From assembly GCA_030141605.1 (NCBI GenBank), contig JAQGDQ010000002.1, positions 806,001 to 870,000 of the forward strand: a stretch of DNA of 64,000 nucleotides, given 5' to 3'. This document shows positions 1-13,189 of this stretch, one piece after another. Under the pieces are notes generated by a model. The model had not been told where the DNA came from. It worked only from the letters and a program-made list of their open reading frames with translations, and searched no databases. This DNA is from Tubiluchus corallicola (lineage: Eukaryota > Animalia > Priapulida). Position 1 is the first letter of the stretch, and the number at the start of each line of letters is the position of its first letter. The translations under genes and the position numbers were made by a program.

Positions 1-100
1 ACTGGATCATCTGTTTGAGTACCACGCTGTTGACTGACCGTTGAGTTATTCCGACGTTTGCTTCTTTGATTGAGCTTTCGTTTCATCGCTACTGACAAGT
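1..100 (-). CDS. RASGRP: RasGRP exon, C-terminal tail (partial)
   Basis: ttttttag acceptor, phase 1 matches previous exon; [33 protein letters not shown]. Confidence 0.8.
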
Positions 101-2138
101 CTAAAAAAACACAAATCATCTTTTAATTTATTGAATATTTATTTTATTATACCAGCTGGATAACAATACTAACAAATTTGCAACTTAAGATGCAACTCTC
201 CATCTCTTTCCAAATCTTTAAATTCCAGGTAGAATGCAAATCCTAGTAAACAGTGTTAAAGATAAAACAAATAAGATAAAGATATCACAAATGGGCAGTT
301 ATCTCACTCCATCTTATAAATTTCATGTGGAAACTACTTTAAAACTTTCTATCATATATTTTGTTTTGCATTAAAATAGATTAATTAACTTTTCTTATAA
401 TTAATTCTATGTGTACAGCTGAAAATTATTTGACAACAACAATTTTTACAACAATTAATTAGGGTACATTTAAAATTTATCCTAAAGCAGAAAACATGTT
501 GCTAGTGAATTCATCAAGGGGCGAAAGGGAATACCTGGGTAGTCATGATGCGAGCTTTGCTACGGGCCTAGTTAGTAAATGGATCAGTGCTAGAAAAACT
601 GAGGGCTTTTCTTGCCATTATGTACTCGATCATTTCTGCATTGAAGGGAAATTATATGCACTCAAAATGTAGTTATTTCAATTCAGCAGAATAAACTTAG
701 AAAATCAGCCAGACTCCATTCCTACCACAACCATTTACTTCTTACTTTTTTAATAGTATACCCATTATTTGAGTGTTAGGTTCACAATGTGCCAAACTAT
801 ATAAAAAAACTGTCCTGCTCGAACACTTACCTCTTCTAGAAAGAAATTCAATTAACGCTATTTTAAGATTCCTGTGCCAGATAAATAAAGGTCTAATTTT
901 TTATAAGCCACAAATTAGAATAAAATAATAAATACCTGCACTAGAAAATGAACTAGAACGTCCATGGTTAAGTCCGGGTGATGACTGTGGTTGCCGCCTA
1001 CACTCCATTACGACACTGTCTTTACAGTGTTTGTGAGCATTAATTCCACAATCTTTACACTTTTGGCCCTGCTTGATTAGACCCCATAGCTAAATTGAAA
1101 TTAGCAAGTTGATAATACATGTTTACACAGAATAAATGACCGTTCCTAAGTCAAGAAAACTTTGGATGTCCATCGACATTTAACTTTTGTCCATCAATGC
1201 TATTTTGATATTTTTCTAAAGATTGGAAAAAATGTTGTTTGAGTTATTGTTAGACAATTACGTCAAAGGTTTACATATTTTTAGTCAGTTAAAAAAGTTG
1301 AATGAAATGAATAAACATGAATTATTTAAAAAGTCATCGAGTCATGCAAATTGCACCCACCAGGCCTGTGCAATGAATGCAAAAGGTCGGCTTGAAATAC
1401 GTGGCTTCATGAAAATCATGTTTGAAACCCTTCCGAAGTGCAACATAACAATTTGCACGAACAAAGTACTTTTTCATTTCTTCTTTGCTAATCATTCCAT
1501 CTCTGCAAAATGAAAACCAAGAGAAATATTTTTAAAATTTGAAGAATAATAAATTTCTAAGGAAACAGGCCTATAGGCAAAACAAGTTCTAACATATCAG
1601 AAAATTCCTGAGTTGCAAGTTATTAGTTTCCTCTACAAGACACTTATTTTTTTCATTCAGAAGAATCTACAAGAAACAATTTTATATTATCTATTAAAGC
1701 ACATATTATCATATGAAGGAAATAAATCTTACTTGTCAGCATCCAAAACACAGAAGGAATCGATGAATGGAAAATTACTGGCTATCTGATCAAACTCTGT
1801 CTGAGATATAAATCCATCCCGATCGTGATCATAGTTTTTGAATACAGCCTGTAATAGTATATGATACATATCACTGAAAAGTCAGGCAATGTGAATAAAC
1901 ATTTTAACATTGGAACATTTACCGAAAGATCTAATCCACCTAGAAACGTGTAATTTAAATAAATAAAATAAACTTTTGTTACGGTGTGAAATGCTGTTAC
2001 CTCAGTCTTTGTATCAAAACAGGAAAAGAAGAAATATCTGCTTAAATCAAAAACTCCAACTTTGGATAAAGTTTCATAATTTTAATTCAAAGAACTGCCA
2101 CCTACATGCAGTGTCCAGCTATGCAACTGTGACTACTA

Positions 2139-2169
<31 letters not shown>

Positions 2170-5100
2170 AGTTATTATTATAATGATTAAGATAATCATT
2201 AGGATTGCCATTGCAGATTCTTACTGTTTTTATTTTTTTCTTCTGCATGCCCCCATCATTATTGTAAAATTAATACTGGTTAGATTTTTCTGTACATTTA
2301 ACAATGCAAAACTACATTCGTCTAATTTTCAAATTCACGTGGATTTGCAAAATATAATGAGTTGTCTGACAATTTCAAAATTCGCAAAGAACATAAAAAA
2401 TAAGTAACAAACCAACATGAGTAAAAGGTAAACAAAACATGTTGCTGTGCCCCAAACAAGGTGTTCCAAATTCAAATAGCTGCAGCAGAAATGATGTGCA
2501 TCAACAGGTTTAAAAACGAATAATTCCTCGAGTTGAAAAACCAATCTACTCAAGTGCAGTGCTGCAAAAACTATTTCTTATTTATTCTCAAATTATCATT
2601 TTGTTGGTGTGCGTACCTCCACCATGGCATTCACATGCTTGCTGAGAGTACCATGATCTGGTTGAGTAATTACTCCGGCTGCCCAGTCGGCAAATACTGG
2701 AGGTTTAAGAGCTTGACATGGCTAGAGAAAGAATAAAAAATTATCACTGCTAGGAAAACATTTTGTTCATCAATATATTATGAAGCTGAACGTTAATGAT
2801 TACATCAAATTTGTAGTCACTCATTAATATTATCATTAACATCATTTATTTTCAAACACACATGTACAGTTAAATTAAAATATATATAAGACTAGTACCA
2901 AAAGTAAAATAAACGTTAAAAGTACTAATAACACAAACAAACACAAATATTATGTACAGACAAGAAGACAAAAAGCAATTAATTTAAAAGGACACAATAT
3001 GCTCTAAATTTCTTTCAACTGACTATTTGATAAAAAATTATAACTCTTACTTTCTATACAACATATACAATCTTTTGCCAAGTTTATTGTGGCTAGCTGC
3101 ATAGGAGTTAAATCACATCCTTTCACAATAATACGACATAATACAGAAATATTTCTGAACACGTCTTTCAGAGTTACATTATTTTCCTTTACAAATTTAT
3201 ACACGTTGAAACCCATTATTGAATTTGCACCATATAATGTATGTTTGGCTAAAAAGTTAATTGTCGTGTTATTACTATTTTTACAGGTTGCCTACAATTT
3301 CATGAACTGTTTTGCTTGCTTGCTCAACTGCTTGCTCAACTGAGTGGTACCAACAATGTGCTTGCAGAATATAAGAATGTAATGCAGCTTCCATAATATG
3401 CAGATAGCTGTATTCCAGGCTGTCTCTGTGTTTTAATTATTCAACTTCAATTTCTAGCAACAGTAATATTCTTGACAATATGTTTAAAGTAGTCAAACTC
3501 ATTCAATATAACAAGCAAATCAACAACAATTTGTGGCAATTAATTACTTATTCTTTTTAGAGTTTTACAAACACAACCGGCAACTACATGTAGTAAATTC
3601 ATTAATAGGTATTTTCAAAGAAAAACTACATAAAAAATTATTTATTTCACACATAACTGACATACGGCAAAATAATTACTTATTTTCATTATGTTAAACC
3701 TGTCAAATACGGCATTTATTTATTGAATGTCAGTAATTGAAGCAATGTCTAAGAATAGCATGCAAAAAAGGAAGAAATCCTCATCATAGCTGCAAAATAC
3801 ATACCGAAGATATGGAAGTTTTTGGCTCTTTTGCTAAAGAAAGTTCATAAATCTCATCTTCCGTATAATGCAAGTCTAAAGACAACTGGAATAAAAAAAC
3901 AGAACTGCTGTCAAGAACCAGCAGTCAATGCCACAGGTATTATAACTGTTGCCTTTTCATCATGCTACAATATTGAAGAAAAAACTCATTTCTGACCTGA
4001 TTCTTTATTTAAATTAAAATAATACATCTACCAAAAGTAACTTCTTTAGGAAATGTTGCTTTATTTACTTTATATAGAGATGTAGCATGACTAGTCAGTT
4101 ACATGAAAAAGATTACTGAACAATATGAACCAGCTCCATAAATTACATAAGTACACTTTTAATAATAATAAGCTGCAAAAGCAATCAGAAAAATAGCAGA
4201 AGAAAGAAGATAATTGTTTATTCAGTTGCTTTCATAGCTAGGTGACATGTTGTGACAAGCTGGTGTATTATTTATGAATACTGACTAGTAATTATATAAA
4301 TCATGTACTGTACACAATGGAGGTCAAATCGCTACACTATGAAAACCCACGCGGGCCAGAGTTGTTTTTTCGTTTTTGAAATATTGGATGCTGATTTTAC
4401 TGTTAGCAAAACATGTTTACATCATAACTGGTTAATTAAAAGAAAGAAAAGCAGTACTTTCATCCAGTGCTGTAGTCAAATCTTTCAGCTCAAGTCGAAG
4501 TTGAGTCCTTGTGGACCAAGTCCAAGTCAAGTCTCGAGTCATTAAGCCAAAGCCCGAGTCAAGTCTCGAGTCCATTATGCCCAAGTCCAAATCAAGTCTC
4601 GAGTCATTATGCCCAAGTATGAGTCAAGACTCAAGTCATTATGCCCAAGTCTGAGTCTTGAGTCATTAATATCTGCATCTGAGTTGAGTCCTAAGTCATG
4701 TTCTTTTGGTCATGTTTCGCACTTCAAGTAAAAGTAATCCAAGATTTAATCAATTCTCAAGTTCCCGTTTAACAGTAATAAACTATTTCTGTTAATTTTG
4801 ATGCTATTTTGCTTATTACTGCACTAAATTTATTGAGAAACATTTACATTTTAAATTTTGGTTTACACCAAACTATCTGTGCAAGACACGTTATTTTACA
4901 AATGGTTTTATATTTTATTAGTAATTTCGCAGTGGTGTTATATTGAGTATTTATAACATAAAAGTGATAGTTATAATCAGTAGTACTAATTATAATCTAC
5001 AGGAAGTTATTCAACTTATTTATTATATTTAAGAAATACTACGTCAAATATTTGACAAATCTTTGTGGTCTTACTATCAAACCATCTAATGACTCGCTCA

Positions 5101-8100
5101 GTTAATAGTAACTGGTAACTAAGTAATTCTAGTAACTGGGCAACTAAGTAACTGATTAGCCAGTTTGAAAAGTCTTCTGTTAAAAAGTTGTGTATGGCGT
5201 ATTCTGAGTTTTTCTCGTGCATTGTCAAGCATATGTTTAATGTCGTAGTAACATGAAAAAGTTTCTTACCAAGTGTAGATGCAAACACAACCTAGAAACT
5301 TTAGAGACTACACAACGAACACTGATCAACATGGAATTGGAATGCTTTCGCAAGTAAGATTGTAATTACTTAGTTATTAGTTATAATTATTGTTTGTTTT
5401 ACTGTCCGCGCAGTTCAAGTCACTACTCAAGTCAGTGTTTCATTACGCGGAGTCCTAGTCAAGTTTGCGAGTCATTTATTACAAGTCTGAGTCAAGTCTC
5501 GAACTGATATATGAGTTCAAGTGAAGTCTAAGTCAAAGCAAATTGCGGCCCGAGTCAGACTGGAGAGCTCAAGTCTGAGACTAGAATACAACAACACTGG
5601 TTTCATCCTATCAAGAAAGCTCCATCCACCAAATCCATTCAACTAAACAAAACGCTTTTTACAGAAACTACTGTATACTACTTCTTTTGGTAAAAGAAAT
5701 GGATGTTGGTCATGAATGCTTTCACATTGCAAGTTAACAAGTTTCACCTAACAACAACTTATTATGTTTATGTGCTTGATGTTATTGTGTATTAGAAGAG
5801 ATAAATAAATTTATCTGAATCCGAAGTAAATATTCTCTACAAGTGTTAATATAAAAGATGATTGTGTATTAAAGGTCCATCCATGGCCAGAGTAAACGCT
5901 CTTACCCGTAATGTGTTTATCAAATCCATATTGGTAGACAGTGGAAATTCCTTCACACTTTGAACCTGCATCAACTCATTGAATATGCCATACAGTTGAA
6001 CAATCTTACGAAAGTTGACTAAGTTGCCTTCTATATGATCAGGCAATGCTGCGTGTAAGGATATCAAATCCTTCAAATGAACACCGCTGAAAAATAGGAG
6101 TATTGTCTTAGAGCATTTGACACATTATAAGATGAATTACTTTTACCTAGGCAAATAGGAGGAAAAATGGTATTTACTGAAAGAATTTACTGTAACAGCA
6201 TTATTACGCACGCACTGTTTGCCACTATCACTTACTGTTCTCCCACAAAAATATACAATTAATTTCTCACTACCATCTACTTTTTATATTAGGAAAATGT
6301 ACTGAAACTGAAACCCTCTGGTGTCCAAACTTAATAGACTTCAAGTAAACAAGCAAGTACAATGATTTCAGATGAATACGAGTTTCTGCTGACTTCTGAC
6401 ATGCAAAACTGCCAGTATAAAAATATCGTAAATCCACGTTTACAAAATGTCGTTTATGAATTATCATCAATTATTAAAGAAATTTAATAAAATTTTATAA
6501 AATTTACCCATAGACAGAAATGTATTGAATTGTGAAACTTGCAAGTTTAACATGGGCTTAGACATTAATTTACCAAAAATTAGATCTTTTAGCATTGTGT
6601 TTATCAGTAATACTATGGACTGACAGAATTAAATTTTTATCCAGGTCTTCAGAATTTTTGGTAAAAAAACTGATTAACAAGGCAGTTGACCCACTTATCA
6701 ACTAATCCACTAGCACTGGCAAAAACCCACTTTACTGAAAATAACAGGTTGAATTTAAATTTATGTGACTTAATTAAAGATAAAAAAATGCATGCAATGC
6801 AAATATTAGAATGACAATAAATAAAACAGTTTCAAAGTAAGGTACTGGGCAGTAGTAATGATTATACACTCTGGGTGTAATTTTTGCAAAATAATCAGTT
6901 CATTTTTGCAAATATAAAGCAGTCCAAATGCAAAATGTAGAAATGTCTTACAGTATTGGCACTTTGAAACCTTTACTTTCGCTCAGTGCTTTCCTGTAGT
7001 TGCTGAAGTTTGAAGCTGATGACAGAAGTTCCGTATATTCACTTAAACACTATAAAAAAATATCATCATAAGCAAATTAAAATAACTACAATAAAATAGT
7101 AACATTGAATATGAATATTTATAATGATATCGAAATAAATGTTAACATTGTTAGATGTGATGACACAAACTGCATACCATGATGCACTAAAATAAGGATT
7201 ACACACGTGCCCTAACCATTTGACGATGTACTACAATATTAATAAAAATCATTTATATGACCCTCGTCTTTCACTTATAAAACCAAGAACAGTTAAGTTT
7301 CGATTACAATTTGCTGAAATAAAAAACAAAAGATAATAATATACCTTTAGTTTCCATTTTTTCCAGTTACAGCAAAACTTACATTGTGAACTTAGAATGT
7401 AGAAAATGTTAAATTTAAACTGTCTTATAGCTACAATTTTTATGAACAATTGAAATTAATCTCACAATACCAGCATTGTTTTACCTTTTTTGCTTCAAGT
7501 GGTACACAGGCATGAGTGCGAGTTAGCCTTGCAATGGCGCTGTGACTCAATCCTCCAACCACTGCCATTAAAGTGTTAAAATTCTGTAACTGCCGCAGTC
7601 GCTATAAGCAAAAGAGCAAAAAAAACCAAGAGACGATGAGATAATGAGTTTAGCTATAGTTAAGTCTGTGTTATTAATATCATTGACAAAGTGCATTCAG
7701 TGCTTTGTTGTGGGTATTACACTGCAAATGACACAATGATTCACAGATCAGGCTTAAAAATATTGCATAATAGACGAAAAAACAGTGGACAACAGTAACT
7801 AATTAATAATAGTTACTGCTTACCTTAGCAACGTGAATAAACTTGACCATTACATCTGCACGCTGCTCAGCTGTTGTCCTGCTTAATATCATACACTGTA
7901 ACCACTGTGATAAGCTGTTAAACAATGCTATAGATCGTTCCAGTCGCGGATTATTCTTTATTGTTCCCTGCATTGCATAAGTCTGATAATCGGCAAACTG
8001 TAAAAAATAAATACTCCTGCTGACTGAATTAAATTGATTAAAATTTTCAATCACAGTCAATTCACTGAATGCAAATTGTATGCATGTAAAAGCCCGTCTG

Positions 8101-11100
8101 TAATTACTGATTAATCACTATAATTTTGCTATAGTTTTTACATGATAAATCAGTATTACTATCAGCAACTACTTGTACAGGAGTTAATAGACTTTTACCT
8201 ATGGCACTGTACTACTAAGAGCAGCTAATTTTACAGAAATACACAAACCATAATAACTTGGAAAATCACTTGTACCAACAGAGCAGATTAAAAATTTTGT
8301 GGTAAAGCAAAAGACAAATCAGATCACAGATGTTCTTTTTATCTGTACTGCATTATGTCGGTTTTGGAAAAACTATTTTACTTAGTCATATAATCAGTTC
8401 AAACAGCTCTTTTTATAGCTGAAACACATCAGAGTGAATTTTCAGGGACCATTTACAAAGTGAACTGCAAAATCATACAAACACACTTACAGATAATCGT
8501 CGAATGGCCTTATATTCTAAGTAGGACAAATGATCAGCTAACTCTGCAGCATCTAGATGATTAAATACTAGTGAAACTTTGCGTATGTGTTTCAAATTGT
8601 GACGGACCGATATATTCCGCATCCAGTCAAAAGACGGTCTAAAAATAAACAGAACGCACAAATGATATGACATTCGTATATGACATCACATCTTCTTATA
8701 AATCCTGCATAATTCACTACAGCTTTATAAAATTTACAAAGTATACTAATATACAAGATAGCCTTTAAATCAGTTACAGAAATTTTTGTAATGTTTTAAT
8801 ACAAACTACTGTTAATCTGACAAAATATGAACTTTGATATCAAGATTCTTAAAGCAGAGAAAACATAATTAAGACCAACAAGATTTCTAAATTGCTTACT
8901 AAATTAATAGTTATTTTGACACAAACCAATTTATGCTCTATGCATATAGTTATACTACAAATAAATGTTCATTCACCTTTACATTCATGTAAGAAAATAG
9001 GTAGTTCATGGGGAGTTACGGCAATTTTACTTTAATATATTCACTGATAAGATTACTAAACGGTGCATAACAAAAGTACGTTTTAAAAATTTATGATGTG
9101 TGCCCTTTAATACAAAGACAGAGCGTTAAGAGAGGTATAAATTTTTAATGGAATCAGATTTGCCATAGGAAATGGTTATTAAGGTTTGACTAAGCATCAA
9201 AAGTGATTGAAATTTCACGTTGCACTTCGATGAAGGACATAAAAAGGCAAATAATTGAAAGCCACTGATTATTGCTGCAGCAATCACACCGTAATAAATT
9301 TTTAGTTATACACATTTAAACATGTAAATTGGCACATTGGCTATGAAATCAGAAGATGTGAGTGTGAATTAATGACTCTTTGCATTGCCTACGCACATTG
9401 CATTTACATGTTTTTAACACATTTCTCTTACGATGAGCTAGGCTTACTAAGGCAGTTGCCGTGAAATTATTTGTTGTCATTTCAGTTGGTAAACGACAAG
9501 CATCCAAATCGTAAATGATGAAGTGACGCGTAATTTGGTACTGTGTTACAGAAAAGGCTATTTTTAACCAAACCATGCAGCCTTGTATAACATAACAGTA
9601 AATTAAAATTTTCATTTTCCTTTATTCTCTTTCAAATTGACACTTCATACGTAAAATTTATACATTAGTAACACAATATTCAACCATGGTTAGAAGAATG
9701 GCATTCTTACACTTTTGACATGTCAACTAGATCGACCAAAGCCATATTTCCCTCTTGTTCTATCACATCTCGCAGCTGACAGACAATAGATGACAAGTTC
9801 TTATCAAGGTCAAAATGTTGTGGAAACGTGGTGATCCAATACCTGGAAAATATGTGGGAAAAGATTGAGGAAAATCCTGATAAAAGTGCAGCCTTATTTC
9901 ATCTATGCTTATCGAAACAGCGTGGCGTGTGCATTTAATGACCACAGTAATGACCTTCAAATAATATGAAGGACAGGCAAATGCAACACATGAAAATGAA
10001 AATTTCAAGTGGTTAGGAAAGGCAATAAATTGACAAATTGTAATTTATAGCTGCCAACAAGGTCAGGTTTTTGAACTGGGTGATCAGGGAAATGAGATCA
10101 GTGCTTTAGCATTCTCATTTTGCATCCAAGTCAACTGTGAACAAGTAACACAAAAAACTTGGTAGTATTAGACTAGAATAAAATTATATTACACCAAATT
10201 AATTACAGTCAAATAAAGTTAGATAAAGTGAGATCGGGTTAAACCAGTGCTGGTTGACTGAACTGGCCTGGAGCAGAGAGTAAAGTAGACTACAGTACAG
10301 TACAATACAGTGAATTAGAAAATAATACAGGGCAGACAAGAGCAGAGCAGACAAGGACAGAGCAGGGTGATGCAAGGCAGGGCAGGACAGGGCAGAGAAT
10401 AGTAGGGCAGGGCTGGGCAGGGTAGACCAGAGCAGGGCAAGGCATGGCAGGGCAGCGCAGGCCAGAATAGGACAGGTCAGGGCAGGGGAATAGTAGAACA
10501 GAGCAGGGCAAAACAAAGGACAGCAGAACAGAGAAAAATAGAGCAGGGTAGGACAGGGCAGGACAGGCTGAACAGAACAGAGCAGAGCAGAGCAAAGTAG
10601 GGCAGGGCACAGCAGGGCAGAGAAGAGCAGAGCAAGCCAAGGTAGGGCAGGGTAGAGCAAAGTAGGGCATGACAGGGCAGGGCACTGCAGGGCAGGCTGA
10701 GCAGACCAGAGAACAGCAAACTAGTGTAAAGCAGAAGGCTACAAGCAGAGTAACACAGTTGTCAAGTAAAGTAAAATCACAGTTGACGTCTAACATGATT
10801 TCAATCATTTTCGTTGACTGCCCAATCAGCGTGCAAGTTATTTCACACACACCTGCAGCAGGTACGATCAGGACATTTGGCTACAGCTCCGTCTAATACT
10901 GTCATGAAAAATGCTCAACTTTTCATTAGTTAACGGGAGAAATATTGGCCTTGTTCTAGATTTTATTATTGTTAATTGAAATTGCAAGTGAATTAGTGAA
11001 AATATATAGTCTAGTTTCGTTTATAGAAAGAACTGCACAACGCTTACGTCTATGAGTTGCTGATTAAACCATTTTGCAATCAAGCCAATATGCAGTTTAG

Positions 11101-13068
11101 TTTAGTTTATGGCTTTGCAAGTTAGATAAAAATAACTATTTGATTAACTGTAAATAAAGGCAAAACAAAATGTTTTCTTTTCTGGCCAGTTTTTATAAAC
11201 CTCAATGAGATCTTCACAGTCAAAATTAATTCAAATGTGGTCAAAACTTATATTATACATCAATACAATAGTAACTAATTTTACGCTATTTTCCTGGTTA
11301 TAACCAAGGTTAAAAGATACCATTGGGACTTATGTGACTCGCGCATTCAATATAAGGGTCGTCTATGGAATGGAATCAAATTTATTCCATTTCCGTAGCC
11401 TGGCAAACGGATAAATACAAAACCTTAATAAATCTTACGACGAGCACATGATCAATTAATATAGAAAAATACATCGCAGGCTTGACGTTCGTATGTTTGA
11501 AGTCAAGCGAGACTTAATATTTTTGTTGCTCATTTATTGTAAAGCAAGGCTAACTGGCTTAGTTTCTTTATTATATTTATGTCTCTGTATTTTGCAGTGT
11601 TTTGAAACTTCGGCTCTACATTCTGTTTAAATTGAAATGTCATTTTTTGGCTACTTGAAATGTTAATTTCGTGTTAAAATAGCTGCTGCTCTGCAAATTT
11701 GTGTTTATGAAAAAGAGCAATCAGTTTATCTGCTGATCAGACATTAGTTGTGATTGTCATGTTGTTTAGTTTAGCTGAGTAGGGTAGGGTAGGGTAGGGT
11801 AGGGTAGGGTAGGGTAGGGTAGGGTAGGGTAGGGTAGGGTAGGGTAGAGTAGGGTAGAGTAGGGTAGGGTAGGGTAGGGTAGGGTAGGGTAGAGTAGAGT
11901 AGAGTAGAGTAGAGTAGAGTAGAGTAGAGTAGAGTAGAGTAGAGTAGAGTAGTGTAGAGTAGTGTAGAGTAGAGCAGAGCAGAGTAAAATCATAATCGAG
12001 AAGAAAACTGAAACTAATTCATTGATTAAGTCTGCAGTATCTTAAACAAAGTGGTATCCTGCACCAAGACAAGCAAAGTTTAAAATTATACAAGCATGGG
12101 TCACAATATGGCGAGACATAACTTAGTTCAAATGAAACAAACTTGATAACATGTAGAATAATATTTTACAAACATAAGTGTACTGACCTTATAGCATGGC
12201 AAACTTTTGATTTGAATTGATCCCTCTCACAGGAAATGTCGCCGATGTCATGTTTGCAGTCACAGCCGCACTTGACATGATCTGCTGGACTTCGATACAA
12301 TGAGAAAAAGTAATTAGCAAGTTCTGCTGAGGTTATAAACCACGGGTGCATCAGTAAAAACACACGGGGAAACGGAGAGGCATCGTGTAATCGACCTGTA
12401 ATATCTAAAAATCATAAAAATAATTGGTATCAGGTGGATGTACTTGATGGATACAGAGTTAAAAAAACAAGTTATCAGTAAATTAGAATTACACTTACGC
12501 CAAAATAAATTACTAATTCACTAGGACGCCAAAACAAATTATTAACTCACTAGGACTTTTGGCGTGTATTTTAAATATCTGATGTAAGCTTATCCACTCA
12601 AAGGATTTCTATGCTCAAGCAAAATTCTGAAAGGCTTTCTAAAATTTTTATGCTACAAAATGAGCCATGGAGTATTACAAGTCACTAAAGTCTTGAAAGC
12701 AATGAATAAAATAGCAAAACTTTGACGCTAAATCGGTGTCTTTATTTCTACATTTGCTGGAACAACTAGGAAAATACTCTATTTTCCAACACACAGAGAT
12801 TATTTATTCACATACCAAAGCACAGCACACATGTTTCAACCAAGGCGCTGACGGTTCCTGCTCTTACCACAACACCAGGTATTACCGGCTTTTCATCTTC
12901 CAAAATCATCGTATCTCTACTTAGAAGATTTCTGCAGCGCTTGAGTAACTTCTTTATGTCATTTCTGGTCTTTCGGTCTGAAATAAAAAGATCTTTCACG
13001 TCAAAATCTTGTGCCTCACACTTGGCCGCGTGGCACTCCCTGCATTGTCGGTTGCACCTCTTTGACAT
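1..13068 (-). CDS. RASGRP: RAS guanyl-releasing protein (RasGRP/CalDAG-GEF family), multi-exon, 3' end truncated by window edge
   Basis: 14 phase-consistent GT-AG exons: 13068-12816, 12404-12188, 9842-9711, 8638-8491, 7997-7824, 7601-7485, 7049-6952, 6086-5906, 3885-3805, 2721-2617, 1848-1733, 1502-1361, 1089-936, 100-<1 (about 672 aa in window). Family motifs: [53 protein letters not shown]-hands [12 protein letters not shown] and [13 protein letters not shown]1 [30 protein letters not shown]. Confidence 0.95.
936..1089 (-). CDS. RASGRP: RasGRP exon, C1 domain second half
   Basis: [33 protein letters not shown]; flanked by AG and GT. Confidence 0.93.
1361..1502 (-). CDS. RASGRP: RasGRP exon, EF-hand 2 and C1 first half
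   Basis: [16 protein letters not shown]...[20 protein letters not shown]. Confidence 0.93.
1733..1848 (-). CDS. RASGRP: RasGRP exon, EF-hand 1
   Basis: [39 protein letters not shown]. Confidence 0.94.
2617..2721 (-). CDS. RASGRP: RasGRP exon, CDC25-EF linker
   Basis: [35 protein letters not shown], resembling the RasGRP PPVVVDWASG..KHV..MV linker. Confidence 0.92.
3805..3885 (-). CDS. RASGRP: RasGRP exon, end of CDC25 domain
   Basis: [27 protein letters not shown]. Confidence 0.92.
4465..5599. mobile_element. non-autonomous hAT-type DNA transposon in RasGRP intron
   Basis: TIRs CAGTGCTGTAGT / ACAACAACACTG; 8-bp TSD ctttcatc (4457-4464) / gtttcatc (5600-5607), 7 of 8 match; dense subterminal CAAGTC/CGAGTC hexamer arrays at both ends; no transposase ORF. 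Confidence 0.8.
5906..6086 (-). CDS. RASGRP: RasGRP exon, CDC25 domain
   Basis: [32 protein letters not shown]...MDLINTLR. Confidence 0.94.
6952..7049 (-). CDS. RASGRP: RasGRP exon, CDC25 domain
   Basis: [33 protein letters not shown]. Confidence 0.93.
7485..7601 (-). CDS. RASGRP: RasGRP exon, CDC25 domain
   Basis: [39 protein letters not shown]. Confidence 0.95.
7824..7997 (-). CDS. RASGRP: RasGRP exon, CDC25 domain
   Basis: [58 protein letters not shown]. Confidence 0.95.
8491..8638 (-). CDS. RASGRP: RasGRP exon, start of CDC25 domain
   Basis: [49 protein letters not shown]. Confidence 0.94.
9711..9842 (-). CDS. RASGRP: RasGRP exon, REM domain
   Basis: [44 protein letters not shown]; phase 2 at both ends. 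Confidence 0.92.
10285..10740 (+). repeat. degenerate pentamer satellite (AGGGC/AGAGC/AGAAC)n
   Basis: 5-bp periodicity seen directly. Confidence 0.85.
11777..11985 (+). repeat. pentamer microsatellite (AGGGT)n grading into (AGAGT)n
   Basis: about 40 near-perfect 5-bp units. Confidence 0.97.
12188..12404 (-). CDS. RASGRP: RasGRP exon, REM domain
   Basis: [37 protein letters not shown]...KSKVCHAIR. Confidence 0.92.
12816..13068 (-). CDS. RASGRP: RasGRP first confidently coding exon segment (exon probably begins at acceptor 13236)
   Basis: MSKRCNRQ...[17 protein letters not shown] (REM start); G|GTATG donor; true start codon uncertain. Confidence 0.8.
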
Positions 13069-13077
13069 CACCGTCAG

Positions 13078-13189
<112 letters not shown>

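Noticed and set aside
825-845. 5-nt microexon (ttctag|AAGAG|gtaagt) in RasGRP
   Set aside because: Would shift the frame, and no compensating open exon found before the next one
4490-4700. CRISPR-like periodic repeats
   Set aside because: No unique spacers or cas genes; eukaryotic; they are subterminal repeats of a hAT element
10199-10896. Long Cys/Pro/Leu-rich ORFs
   Set aside because: Translations of the pentamer satellite in several frames; intronic
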